37,760 bases of DNA from Candidatus Latescibacterota bacterium. GTDB lineage: Bacteria > Latescibacterota > UBA2968. The position numbers and the translations under genes are program-made. Below the pieces are notes generated by a model that saw only the letters and a list, made by a program, of their open reading frames with translations, did not search any database and had not been told where the DNA came from. Shown here piece after piece: positions 9,617 to 18,941 of this stretch. Every line of letters begins with the position of its first letter. Positions within the stretch are counted from its first letter, which is position 1. The DNA is taken from the NCBI GenBank assembly GCA_038279365.1, contig JAYODI010000059.1:1-37760 (forward strand), read 5' to 3'.

Positions 9617-11590
9617 ATGGCATTGTTAGCAGATGAATATTTGGATGTAGATGGCGAAACTTCTCGGCGTGATTTGACTGTGCGGTCGATGGTGTTGGGT
9701 GCATTTATGGTCGTTTTTGTGAATGTGGGCGCACCTTATGCCAAGTATATTTTGCACTCATCACTTATGGCGTGTGATTATTTGCCGTTTGGTGTGATGC
9801 TGCCTTTTATTTTGGCGGTGTTGGTGCTCAATACCATTTTAAAAACAATTCGTGCCAATGCAGGGTTGACACCTGGTGAATTGGCGGTGGCCTTTGTGAT
9901 GGGGCTTGTTGGCTCTACCATTCCAACGTTTGGTTTGACGGGGTATTTGATTTCGACTATTGCATCGCCTTATTACAATGCCACAACGGAAAATGGATGG
10001 GGTGAGTATATTCAGCCCAATTTGCCCAATTGGTTGATTCCTTCTAATGAAACAGGGGCGATGAATTGGTTTTTTGAAGGGTTGCCAGAGGATCAATCTA
10101 TTCCGTGGAATGTTTGGATTCCACCTTTGTTTTGGTGGCTCGGTTTTTTTGCCGCATTGATGACCGTGTGTTTTTGTACGGTGGCGATTTTGCGACGACA
10201 ATGGATTGATAATGAGCGCATTGTTTTTCCTTTGGCACAGGTGCCATTGACCATGGTGGCTGGTTCTGATGAACCTGGGCGGATGCCTGTGTTTATGAAA
10301 AGCCCACTGTTTTGGATGGGTTTTACTTTGCCACTGGTGATTATTTTGTGGAATATTATTGGATATTTTATTCCCACATTCCCAAGTATTTCTTTAGAAA
10401 ATCAGATCAGTTTGTTGCGTGATGCGCCCGCAATGCGATTGAACATCTATTTTCCATTGATTGGGTTTGCCTATTTGATCAATTTGGACGTGGCATTTAG
10501 CATTTGGTTTTTTCATTTGTTGGGGCTTGCCCAACTGGCGGTGACCAATCGATTTGGTTTTGAGGTGGGCAACGGCGACAATTATTGTTCGTCGTCTCCT
10601 GTGATGGCTTGGCAAGGTTTTGGTGGGTTTGTGGTGTTGGTGGGATGGGGGCTTTGGATGGCACGTGCACATTTGAAGGATGTCTTTGGCAAAGCGTTTG
10701 GGCGTGCGCCTCATGTGGATGATCGGGGAGAGTTGCTGTCGTATCGGGTGTCGGTGATTGGGTTGATTGTGGGCTTGCTGTATGTGGTGGCCTTTTTAAT
10801 TGCTTCGGGTATGTCTCCTTTGGTGGTCATTGCGTTTTTGTTTGCTGTGTTTGTGTTGTATTTGGGGGTGACACGCATTGTGATTGAAGGGGGCTTGGTG
10901 TTTTTGCGTGGGCCTATGATAGCACAACACTTTACGGTCTATACATTGGGTGTCACATCCATTTCGCCTGTGAGCATGGCGGCGTTGTCTGTGTCGTATG
11001 CGTGGTTTTGTGATGTGAAGTCGTTTTTTATGCCGGCTGCAGCACATGCGGCGAAATTGAGTGATGTGTTGAAGCTGCGCAGAAGCACTGTGATCACGGC
11101 GGTGGTTTCGGCACTCGTTTTAGGGGTGATCACCTCTATGATGTATACGCTGAGTATGGGGTATTCACACGGGGCGTATAATTATGGAGACTGGATTTTT
11201 AGAGGTGGCAGTTTGGTGCCTTACGACGCCATGGTGAGCAAGATGCGCAACCCTTTTGATGTGGGATGGAATAAATTGGGTGTGATGCTTGGGGGCATGA
11301 TTGCAATGGCTGGGGTTACTTTTATGCGGTATCGATTTAATTGGTGGCCTTTGCACCCATTGGGTTTTCCCGTGGCCTTTACATTGCCTGTTCGGTTGTC
11401 TTTTTTCTCTATTTTTATTGCTTGGGCGGCCAAATCGATCATTTTGCGCTTGGGCGGCATTGCTCTCTATCGCAAAGCAGAGCCCTTTTTCTTTGGCATT
11501 ATTGTTGGTTTTTTTATTGGAACGGGTATTTCATTTGTGGTCGATATGATTTGGTTTCCTGGGCAAGGCCATCGGGTGTATGGCTGGTAG
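9617..11590 (+). CDS. Polytopic membrane protein, DUF6785/DUF6784-like (putative peptide transporter)
   Basis: 657 aa with many TM helices; motifs W..PLFWW, ILRRQWIDNERIVFPLAQ, RFNWWPLHPLG, AWAAKSIILRLGG recalled for this family. Confidence 0.75.
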   Translation: MALLADEYLDVDGETSRRDLTVRSMVLGAFMVVFVNVGAPYAKYILHSSLMACDYLPFGVMLPFILAVLVLNTILKTIRANAGLTPGELAVAFVMGLVGSTIPTFGLTGYLISTIASPYYNATTENGWGEYIQPNLPNWLIPSNETGAMNWFFEGLPEDQSIPWNVWIPPLFWWLGFFAALMTVCFCTVAILRRQWIDNERIVFPLAQVPLTMVAGSDEPGRMPVFMKSPLFWMGFTLPLVIILWNIIGYFIPTFPSISLENQISLLRDAPAMRLNIYFPLIGFAYLINLDVAFSIWFFHLLGLAQLAVTNRFGFEVGNGDNYCSSSPVMAWQGFGGFVVLVGWGLWMARAHLKDVFGKAFGRAPHVDDRGELLSYRVSVIGLIVGLLYVVAFLIASGMSPLVVIAFLFAVFVLYLGVTRIVIEGGLVFLRGPMIAQHFTVYTLGVTSISPVSMAALSVSYAWFCDVKSFFMPAAAHAAKLSDVLKLRRSTVITAVVSALVLGVITSMMYTLSMGYSHGAYNYGDWIFRGGSLVPYDAMVSKMRNPFDVGWNKLGVMLGGMIAMAGVTFMRYRFNWWPLHPLGFPVAFTLPVRLSFFSIFIAWAAKSIILRLGGIALYRKAEPFFFGIIVGFFIGTGISFVVDMIWFPGQGHRVYGW

Positions 11591-11771
11591 GCAATTGTTT
11601 GAACCATTCTGCGATCCAAATGCAGAAATCTGAGCACGGAACATAAGGAAAATTGGGGCTGTCTAAAAAACGAGTGGTTTGTGAAATGGTTTTGGTGGGA
11701 TTGTTTTGAGGATGGTTTTTGGGTAATCTTTGGGTAGTGATAATGCTTCGAACTTTACGAAGGAGGTGATC

Positions 11772-12401
11772 ATGATGACTTTATACGCACGCGTGATATC
11801 CATTTGCCTTATTGCATTCGTTGCAAGTGGATGTTATACACAGATTCGATCACCTTTGGATCATACGACGGTTTCATCGTCGGCTCAGGCGTCTGATACG
11901 GTGGTACAGCGGTTTGAGTATTACCATTATTATGGCAGAGACCGTATTTATGACCCTTATGATTTTCGAAATATTGATTTTTACGAATCCAATATGCAGT
12001 GGATTTACACGCGCAGAACGCCCCATTGGTATCGGCACGATTTGATTTGGGATCAGGCATGTTGGGTTTCTGTTTATCACCCACAGTGGCGTCGGTATCC
12101 ACCTGCTGTGTTGGTGCCTTATGTGGTGTATCACTCACCAATTTTGAATGATCAGCCCCCCAAAACGGTGGAACGACAGCGCCCACAAGTGCGCCAAACG
12201 GGTTTTGAGGGCACACCTGCTTCGGGTGAAATGATTCGTGTCAATCATGCAAATACGCGCCCACAGACAGAGGCGTCTACAAGTGCAAACACAGATTCGT
12301 CGAGCAAACAGGCCACAACAGAAAAGAAAAAAGAAGAAGAAAAAGAAGAGAAGCGGACTGAAAAGCGGGATGAACGCAAAAAAAGAGGGGGGATGCGATG
12401 A
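11772..12401 (+). CDS. Putative lipoprotein with Tyr/Trp-rich middle and charged low-complexity tail
   Basis: AAGGAGGTGA RBS (start 11772 or 11775); lipobox-like VASGC; stop overlaps next start (ATGA). Confidence 0.75.
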   Translation: MMTLYARVISICLIAFVASGCYTQIRSPLDHTTVSSSAQASDTVVQRFEYYHYYGRDRIYDPYDFRNIDFYESNMQWIYTRRTPHWYRHDLIWDQACWVSVYHPQWRRYPPAVLVPYVVYHSPILNDQPPKTVERQRPQVRQTGFEGTPASGEMIRVNHANTRPQTEASTSANTDSSSKQATTEKKKEEEKEEKRTEKRDERKKRGGMR

Positions 12402-13675
12402 GGTGGTTGCGCCTATGCAGCCTGTTTTTGCTGGTTTTGAGCGGACAGGCGGTGTTTGCCCAGGAGATTGTGTTGGATGGTTTTGCGGGCATTGGCAGTC
12501 GTGCAATGGGGATGGGGGGCGCATTTGTATCTGTTGGTGATGATTATTCCAGTGCATTTTGGAACCCAGCGGGTTTGGCACGGGCAAGTCGGGGAACGGT
12601 TTATTGGGAAGCCACGCATGGGCGGTTTGAGAATGAGTCGCGGTTTTTTGGATCACCAGCAGAATATGCTTTGAGCAGTACGCGTATTGGTGCAATAGGC
12701 GTGGTAATACCTTATCCTGTGCATCAGGGCAGTTTGGTCTTTGCTGGAGGGTTTGGACGCAACAAAAATTTTGATAATGGGTTGGAAATATCTGGGTATG
12801 ACACGGCAGTTGATTATGATAAAAAAGGATTTTCGGAAGACCGTGGGGCTTTGGGTGCTTGGACGCTTAGTGGTGCTGTGGATATGGCTCCCAATTTGTC
12901 TGTGGGGCTTTCTCTTTATCGATGGCGTGGCTCCAACCAATTTGACCAAGAATTGACGTTGACAGATGTGCAAAACGCACACCCCGATACAGTGCGGTTT
13001 TATCAGCGCTATGCCTCTAAAGATCGTTATTCGGCTTGGGGCATTCAAGGGGGTTTGTTGTATTGGCATCGGTCGGGGTTTCGGATGGGCTTAACGGTGG
13101 CGGCCACAACCCCTTTGCGTGTGGCTTCTCAATTGGAAGACGAATTTGAAGATGAATATGATAATGGCACAGATGTGTATCCAACAGAGCGTTATAGTGA
13201 CCAATATAAGATAGAACATCCACTCACATTTGCATTGGGCATGGGGTTTGTGCGTGGGCCCTGGACAGTGGCAGGCGATGTGCATTATGGCGATTTACAA
13301 GCGGTAACCTATGACCAATTGCCCCAAGTGCTTGCGCCCAATGTGGATGATTTTAGACGCCAATATCGCGATGCATTGCGTTTGCATTTGGGTGGGGAAT
13401 ATGCATTTCGCAATCTGGCGTTTCGGGCAGGTTATTATCGCGATCCTGTGCGCTATGTGGGGGGCGGAAACGTGCCTAATATTGCAATTGAGAACGATCG
13501 CAATGCGTGGACATTGGGCGTGGGGGGGAAGTTGGAAAATACGGTGGGGTTGGATGTGGCGGCTGTGTTGGGTGGGTATCGGGTTGTAGAGGGTAACCGA
13601 GCAGATCGTGTGAAAACTGTTCGGGTGTTTGCTTCGGCAACATTTTGGTTTGATATGAATGATGATGGGATGTAA
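12398..13675 (+). CDS. Outer-membrane beta-barrel, OmpP1/FadL/TodX family
   Basis: Signal peptide; GSRAMGMGGAFVSVGDDYSSAFWNPAGLA hatch motif; amphipathic strands; aromatic residues near the C-terminus. Confidence 0.85.
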   Translation: MRWLRLCSLFLLVLSGQAVFAQEIVLDGFAGIGSRAMGMGGAFVSVGDDYSSAFWNPAGLARASRGTVYWEATHGRFENESRFFGSPAEYALSSTRIGAIGVVIPYPVHQGSLVFAGGFGRNKNFDNGLEISGYDTAVDYDKKGFSEDRGALGAWTLSGAVDMAPNLSVGLSLYRWRGSNQFDQELTLTDVQNAHPDTVRFYQRYASKDRYSAWGIQGGLLYWHRSGFRMGLTVAATTPLRVASQLEDEFEDEYDNGTDVYPTERYSDQYKIEHPLTFALGMGFVRGPWTVAGDVHYGDLQAVTYDQLPQVLAPNVDDFRRQYRDALRLHLGGEYAFRNLAFRAGYYRDPVRYVGGGNVPNIAIENDRNAWTLGVGGKLENTVGLDVAAVLGGYRVVEGNRADRVKTVRVFASATFWFDMNDDGM

Positions 13676-13698
13676 GGATTGGGGACTTGAAGGATTTT

Positions 13699-13724
13699 TC
13701 AGCGGTCAGCTATCAGCTATCAGT
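13699..13724 (+). repeat. Short tandem heptamer repeat
   Basis: tcagcgg-tcagcta-tcagcta-tcagt. Confidence 0.55.
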
Positions 13725-13791
13725 TTAAGGCGATGATTCAACAGAAATGGATGGGGTGGGAAGAGGTTGTTTGATTGTCTCATAAAAACAG

Positions 13792-13832
13792 AAAAGCCGT
13801 CGATGTGTGTGATCACATCGACGGCTTTTTTT
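13792..13832. terminator. Bidirectional intrinsic terminator between the barrel gene and folD
   Basis: 16-bp perfect inverted repeat aaaagccgtcgatgtg / cacatcgacggctttt. Confidence 0.85.
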
Positions 13833-14719
13833 TAAGCGATGTTGTTGGTGCGTTTGGCAGACCAAATGGTGTTGTAGAGTAACATCGTGATGGTCATGGG
13901 GCCCACGCCGCCTGGAACGGGGGTGATGGCCGAGGCCACTTCTTTGACATGTTCATAATCGACATCACCAATGAGGCGGAAGCCATTTTTCTTAGACTTG
14001 TCTTCGATGCGGTTGACACCCACGTCGATCACCACGGTGCCTTCTTTGACCATGTCGGCGGTGACGGTGTTGGGATATCCGGTTACGACAATGAGGATGT
14101 CGGCTTGGCGCGTAAAATGCCCCAAATCTTTGGTGCCCGTGTGACAGATGGTAACGGTGGCGTTGGCGTCTTCGCCTTTTTGGGAGAGGATATTGGCCAA
14201 GGGTCTGCCCACAAGGGTGCTTCGACCGACAATGACAATGTGTTTGCCTTGGGTGTCAAAATTACCACGTTTGAGAATGTGTTGCACGCCGTGAGGGGTG
14301 CAGGGCAAAAAACCTTCTTCGCCGCGCATCAATCGACCCAAATTGACCGGATGAAGTCCATCGACATCTTTTTCGGGAGAGATGGCGTTGAGGGCTTTTT
14401 GTTCGTTGAAGCCTTTGGGCAGGGGCAATTGCACGAGGATGCCGTGAATGGTTGGGTCATTGTTGAGTTTTTGGATGAGATTGAGCAGGTCTTCTTCTGG
14501 TTGGTCGGCTGTGAGGTTGTACTCAACAGAATGCAGACCAATGTCGCTACAGGCTTTGCGTTTGCCTTTGATATAAGAAAGGGAGGCGGGGTCATCACCC
14601 ACCAATACAACGGCAAGGCCTGGGGTGAGGTTGTGCTTGGCTTTGAGCTGGGCAACATCATTGGCCATTTCGGCACGCATGGTTTTGGACAGCGTGGTGC
14701 CACTGAGAATTTGAGCCAT
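13832..14719 (-). CDS. folD: Bifunctional methylenetetrahydrofolate dehydrogenase / methenyltetrahydrofolate cyclohydrolase
   Basis: PGLAVVLVGDDPASLSYIKGK, GILVQLPLP, KDVDGLHP, PCTPHG, TPVPGGVGPMT; AAGGAG RBS supports start at 14719. Confidence 0.97.
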   Translation of the reverse strand: MAQILSGTTLSKTMRAEMANDVAQLKAKHNLTPGLAVVLVGDDPASLSYIKGKRKACSDIGLHSVEYNLTADQPEEDLLNLIQKLNNDPTIHGILVQLPLPKGFNEQKALNAISPEKDVDGLHPVNLGRLMRGEEGFLPCTPHGVQHILKRGNFDTQGKHIVIVGRSTLVGRPLANILSQKGEDANATVTICHTGTKDLGHFTRQADILIVVTGYPNTVTADMVKEGTVVIDVGVNRIEDKSKKNGFRLIGDVDYEHVKEVASAITPVPGGVGPMTITMLLYNTIWSAKRTNNIA

Positions 14720-14751
14720 GGGCAGGTCTCCTTTTGGGTATCTGACCCGAC

Positions 14752-14792
14752 ATAAAAATACGCCTGGGCCATTGTGTGTGGGCGCCCAGGCG
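14752..14792 (-). terminator. Riboswitch expression-platform terminator
   Basis: CGCCTGGGC-loop-GCCCAGGCG-TATTTTT; the 5' arm is the riboswitch pseudoknot/P3 strand. Confidence 0.8.
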
Positions 14793-14888
14793 GTCGGCAA
14801 GTTGCAAAAGTAAATAGCGTTTACGCTTTACTTTTAAGTCCAACGCTCCCTCGTGGTTGTTTCCACGTTTCCGCCAGTTACGTTGGGG
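14783..14888 (-). promoter_or_regulatory. ZTP/ZMP (pfl motif) riboswitch
   Basis: Minus strand CCAACG-TAACTGGCG-GAAAC-GTGG-AAACAA-CCAC-GAGGGAG-CGTTGG...TGCCGACCGCCTGGGCG matches the pfl consensus (ACUGGCG / GGGAGC / GCCGNCCGCCUGGGC); lies upstream of folD. Confidence 0.93.
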
Positions 14889-14903
14889 GTATCTGTTTTA
14901 ATA

Positions 14904-14931
14904 AAGGTAAGGGATTTTGAGGGGGCGTCAA
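14904..14931 (-). promoter_or_regulatory. Sigma-70 promoter for the riboswitch-folD transcript
   Basis: TTGACG-N16-TACCTT, ~16 nt before the aptamer. Confidence 0.5.
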
Positions 14932-15072
14932 ATAAAAAATTGAGGACAGGGTTTTACTTGGGGTGATTTGGGGGGAATTGATTTGGGATGAGGAAATTTT
15001 GTTGTTTGCACATTATGCCTTCGGCGGAAAATGTTCAAATTATTCGCATCTTCATACTTTTTTTCAACAGCT

Positions 15073-15129
15073 AAAAAAAGTAGGCAAAATCAGCCGCTCC
15101 TCACGTGCCGGGGAGGCTGATTTTCCGCC
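15073..15129 (-). terminator. Intrinsic terminator downstream of the beta-helix gene
   Basis: AAAATCAGCC...GGCTGATTTT stem followed by GCCTACTTTTTTT. Confidence 0.6.
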
Positions 15130-15246
15130 AATACCCTTAGTGGATGTAGAATGGGCAGTGGCCTAAAATTTTTTGAGGTTTTAGGAAATGAATAGCTGGA
15201 CGGAATGGTGCGGAAAATCATGAATGTTTTGGGTAATTGTTTGACG

Positions 15247-16650
15247 TTAGTTAGGGGGGGATGTGGTGTGGTGATGGGGGCGAGATGAGTCTGGGTATAA
15301 GCCGATTTGATCAAATGGGATGGGTTTGATGCCAATTTCGTAGGCGGGGGAGTCTTCGTGGAGTTTGTAGTTGTCGTTTGTTACGTCGATGAAATGGGGG
15401 TCTTCGTCGATGAGGTTGTTTTGGAGGGCGACGATTTTGGGCGTGGCGTTCCAATGGATTTTGTGCCAGGTGCTTTGATAGGAGATGTTGCGCAAGATGA
15501 GATTGCCTTCGGGGGGGATGCCGTCTTTGGCTTGGTAATATCTGGCTACTTCGTGGAGTTCGGGGTAATAATTGCTGTAGGGTGGTTCGAGTGGGTTAAG
15601 GGCTTCAAAGCGGGGTTTCAGGGTGGTGTAGATCAGGTTGTGCCACTCGGGGTGTTTGTCGAGGCCACGTCCGTCAATGTGTAGGGCGGGTTCACATTGG
15701 ACGAAGATGTTGTTGTCAACGCGATGGTTGCGACCGCCGCCGATGAAGACGGCGTTTGGGCAACGGACAAACACATTGCCGATGATGATGGCACCACTGG
15801 CGCAGTCGTCTAAGCAAATGCCCTTAGATTCGTGGTCACCTACATCGTGGAAATAGTTGTATTGGATGCGAATGCCGCGCTCTGTCCAATCGCGGCCCAT
15901 ATAAAATGCACCTCCGTCGGTTGTTTCGAGGCATACGTGATGTATGTGGTTGTACTCGATGAGGTGTTCGTTGCCTGTGAGTAAGATCGCGCTGTGTGGG
16001 CAATTGTGAATGTGATTGTGTGACACGCGTATGCCTACGCCTGAAATTTGAATACTCGGTTCAGGGGTGTTTGCCCTTTGGGCAATGTTGTTGATGTTGC
16101 AGTTGTCTATGCTGTGTTCGGCACGGGTGAGGGTTTGGCGATTGCCCCCACTGACAGAGATGCCAACTCCGTCTGTGTGAGAGACGTTGCAACTTTGCAC
16201 ACGGTGATGTGTGCCACCGTTTATGAGAATGCCCGTGTTGCCGATGTTGCAGAGGGTGCATCCTGCAATTTGAATGTGTGTGCCACCTTCTATGACAATG
16301 CCATTGCTGGGTGTGTTTTCGAAGGTGATGTTTTGAAATGTGATGTGTTGTGCGTGGGTGAATGTGAGTAGGGCAGATGGTGTGAGGGTTTGCGCACCGA
16401 TGATGCGTACGTGTTCTTGTTGGTAAGCGCAATAAACAATGGGGGCGGGGTCGGTGCCACTGTCTTGTTCGGTGAGGGAGAACGTTTCGTCAAGCACATA
16501 GGTACCTGCGTGTAGGTAAATGGTAATGGGGGCTTTGCCCGCGTATTGGCGTGTTGCTTGTTGAGCGCGTGTGAGTGTGGCAAAGGCTTGTTCTGGTGTG
16601 GTGCCTGAGGCTTGGTCGTTGCCCGAAGGTGAAATAAAGTATGTGATCAT
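15247..16650 (-). CDS. Right-handed parallel beta-helix repeat protein
   Basis: YFISPSGNDQASGTTPEQAFATLTRA start, PbH1 repeats, DGGAFYMGRDW, GICLDD. Confidence 0.85.
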   Translation of the reverse strand: MITYFISPSGNDQASGTTPEQAFATLTRAQQATRQYAGKAPITIYLHAGTYVLDETFSLTEQDSGTDPAPIVYCAYQQEHVRIIGAQTLTPSALLTFTHAQHITFQNITFENTPSNGIVIEGGTHIQIAGCTLCNIGNTGILINGGTHHRVQSCNVSHTDGVGISVSGGNRQTLTRAEHSIDNCNINNIAQRANTPEPSIQISGVGIRVSHNHIHNCPHSAILLTGNEHLIEYNHIHHVCLETTDGGAFYMGRDWTERGIRIQYNYFHDVGDHESKGICLDDCASGAIIIGNVFVRCPNAVFIGGGRNHRVDNNIFVQCEPALHIDGRGLDKHPEWHNLIYTTLKPRFEALNPLEPPYSNYYPELHEVARYYQAKDGIPPEGNLILRNISYQSTWHKIHWNATPKIVALQNNLIDEDPHFIDVTNDNYKLHEDSPAYEIGIKPIPFDQIGLYPDSSRPHHHTTSPPN

Positions 16651-16651
16651 T

Positions 16652-18361
16652 TTAGGCCAGTATGGTGGTGTCTTTGTCGAGTGGGCGGTTATATGCGGTA
16701 TCTATTTCAATGGTGACTTTGGCAATGCGTTTTGAAAAATAATATACGCGCTTGAGATATTCAACAATTTCTGATTCTAAACGAAATACAGCCAAGCGCT
16801 CAGGTTCTTCGGCTGTGAGTCTGAGGGCAAGGTGGCGTTCGGCCTTGTCTGCAAGGCGATTGATTTCGTCTTTTGCATTTTCAACTTCTTCTGCGGTTGC
16901 GCGATCTGCTGATACGAGTGCTTCAATTGATTTTTCGACTGCCCAAGTGATTTTTTGGGTAAGTGGGCGCAAGACATCTTGGGTGGATGTGCTGATTTGA
17001 ATATTGTGGCGCAAACGTTCTTGCCCCACATCTACCAAGTTGGTTTCGATGACGTCGCCAATGTTTTCAATGTAGTTTGCTGCAGACATATAGTCGTGCA
17101 GGCGTTCGGATTGTTGTTGGGTGAGGCTTTCTTGCGATAGGCGTCCCAAATAAGTGACTAAGGCACCGTGTAGCATATCGACATCGTTATCCATTTGTTT
17201 GAGGTGTTCTAAGTCTTTGGATTGCCCATTGATAACGGTGTTGTGCACTTCTTGCACCATCCGAACCACGGCGCCACCTTGACGGCCTAATTCCATTCTG
17301 ACCAAGTCAAAGGCCAAGTCGGGTGTTTGCAGGAGAATGGGGTTGAGATATGTTGTGCTGGAGATCGGTTTTTCTTTGGTGTCGGGAACAAGGCGTTGAA
17401 CCAACTTTGCCATGGGGGTGATGAAACCGATAAAGAGCAGTGTGTTGATAACATTGAATAGGGTGTGTGCATTGGCAATTTGGCGTGGGGTTTCTGCGGC
17501 CAAACGGTTAATGCCTTCTAAATCTGGCACTTGTGGAGATAAGATACGCACAACTTCGGCAAAGTGGGGAATAAAGAAAAACCAAAGTCCTACCCCAATG
17601 ATTTTGAATAAAACGTGAACAAGGCCTGCACGCACGGCTTCTTTGGGTTTGCCAATGGATGCCAGAATGGCTGTGACACAGGTGCCAATGTTGGCTCCAA
17701 ATGTGAGGGCAATGCCCGCATCTAAAGAAATAAACCCTTGGCTTGCTAAGACAATGATGACGCCAATGGCTGCGGAGGAGCTTTGAATAAGGGCTGTAAA
17801 TAGGGTGCCGAGTAAGATGCCTGAAAAGGGGTTGGACATGCTTTGCATGAGGTGAATAAAGGGAGCATAGGTGCGTAAGGGGTTTGTTGCCGTACTCATG
17901 AGGTCCATGCCGAAAAAAACCAAACCGAGCCCCATGATCATTGTGCCATATAATTTTACTTTTTCAACTTTTACCGTAAATAACATGGCAAAACCAATGG
18001 CAATTAAAACAAGCGCATAATGTGTGATTTTAAATGCGATGATTTGTGCGGTAATGGTGGTGCCGATGTCGGCACCTAAGATGATGCCAATGCCTTGGGT
18101 GAGGTTCATTAAGCCTGCAGAAATAAAGCCGACCACCAAAACAGTGGTGACCGATGACGATTGAATGATGGCGGTGATACCTGCCCCTGCCAAAACGGCT
18201 TTGAACCGATTGGTGGTCATGCGGGCAAGCATGGTTTGTAAACTGTGTCCGGCAACAGATTTGAGTGCATCTGTCATTTGCTCCATTCCAAAAAGGAAAA
18301 GGGCCAACCCGCCTACAAGGCCCATGATAATGGGGCCAATTTCTAAAATCTCTGTTTGCAT
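16652..18361 (-). CDS. Na/Pi cotransporter family protein with PhoU-like C-terminal domains
   Basis: GGLALFLFGM, two QSSS motifs, GADIGTT / GANIGT, helical PhoU-like tail. Confidence 0.92.
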   Translation of the reverse strand: MQTEILEIGPIIMGLVGGLALFLFGMEQMTDALKSVAGHSLQTMLARMTTNRFKAVLAGAGITAIIQSSSVTTVLVVGFISAGLMNLTQGIGIILGADIGTTITAQIIAFKITHYALVLIAIGFAMLFTVKVEKVKLYGTMIMGLGLVFFGMDLMSTATNPLRTYAPFIHLMQSMSNPFSGILLGTLFTALIQSSSAAIGVIIVLASQGFISLDAGIALTFGANIGTCVTAILASIGKPKEAVRAGLVHVLFKIIGVGLWFFFIPHFAEVVRILSPQVPDLEGINRLAAETPRQIANAHTLFNVINTLLFIGFITPMAKLVQRLVPDTKEKPISSTTYLNPILLQTPDLAFDLVRMELGRQGGAVVRMVQEVHNTVINGQSKDLEHLKQMDNDVDMLHGALVTYLGRLSQESLTQQQSERLHDYMSAANYIENIGDVIETNLVDVGQERLRHNIQISTSTQDVLRPLTQKITWAVEKSIEALVSADRATAEEVENAKDEINRLADKAERHLALRLTAEEPERLAVFRLESEIVEYLKRVYYFSKRIAKVTIEIDTAYNRPLDKDTTILA

Positions 18362-18502
18362 GAAAACATACTCCGCGACGGAAAAGCGTATTGGCTGAAG
18401 GAACTATGAGTTGGAGTGGATCAACGATGGTTCAGGATGTGTTATTTGTTTATATTGGGGAAGGTAGGATAGAACATAAACTGAGGCAAGCGAGGATTGG
18501 GT

Positions 18503-18940
18503 ATGCTGGAGCGTGAGATTTCAGGTGGGCAATATGTGTTGATTTATATGTGCTGGGTGTTGGCGATGGTTTTGGGTTTTTTGGCGTTGGTATCTGGGCG
18601 CGAGTTGTTGCTAACTGTGTTGGCTGTGCAACAGGTAGACCTAAAAGTGGTTGGGTTGATTGATAAGCTTGTGTTTTTTGTGATGGGTGTGATTGGGCTG
18701 TGTATTGTTGTTTTGTCTGAAGGATATTTGCGTACGGGCGCAAAAAAGGGGCAAATTGCAGGGCGAATCGGTTTGGTTTTTGGCGTGGAGCTCTTGGCTC
18801 TTTTTGTGTTTGATTTGGGGCGGTTGTTGGTGCCCGATGTTGCCGATGCTGCACGACCTGATGTGACACAGACGGTGATGAGTTTGGTGATTGGTGGTTT
18901 GGGTTTGTGGGTGTATTGGAAGAGGCGTATAAAAAAATAG
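18503..18940 (+). CDS. Hypothetical membrane protein (about 4 TM helices)
   Basis: Hydrophobic ORF filling the gap; GAGGA upstream of the ATG at 18503. Confidence 0.7.
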   Translation: MLEREISGGQYVLIYMCWVLAMVLGFLALVSGRELLLTVLAVQQVDLKVVGLIDKLVFFVMGVIGLCIVVLSEGYLRTGAKKGQIAGRIGLVFGVELLALFVFDLGRLLVPDVADAARPDVTQTVMSLVIGGLGLWVYWKRRIKK

Positions 18941-18941
18941 T

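Noticed and set aside
12135-12695. 186-aa minus-strand ORF with a poly-Phe run
   Set aside because: Antisense to the Lys/Glu-rich tail of the lipoprotein gene and the start of the barrel gene.
13699-13724. Heptamer repeats as a CRISPR or functional array
   Set aside because: Under four 7-nt units with no spacers and no cas genes.
13949-14755. 268-aa plus-strand ORF
   Set aside because: Antisense shadow of folD with no recognisable motifs.
14720-14800. 27-aa N-terminal extension of FolD in the ORF track
   Set aside because: Falls within the riboswitch terminator; the RBS supports the ATG at 14719.
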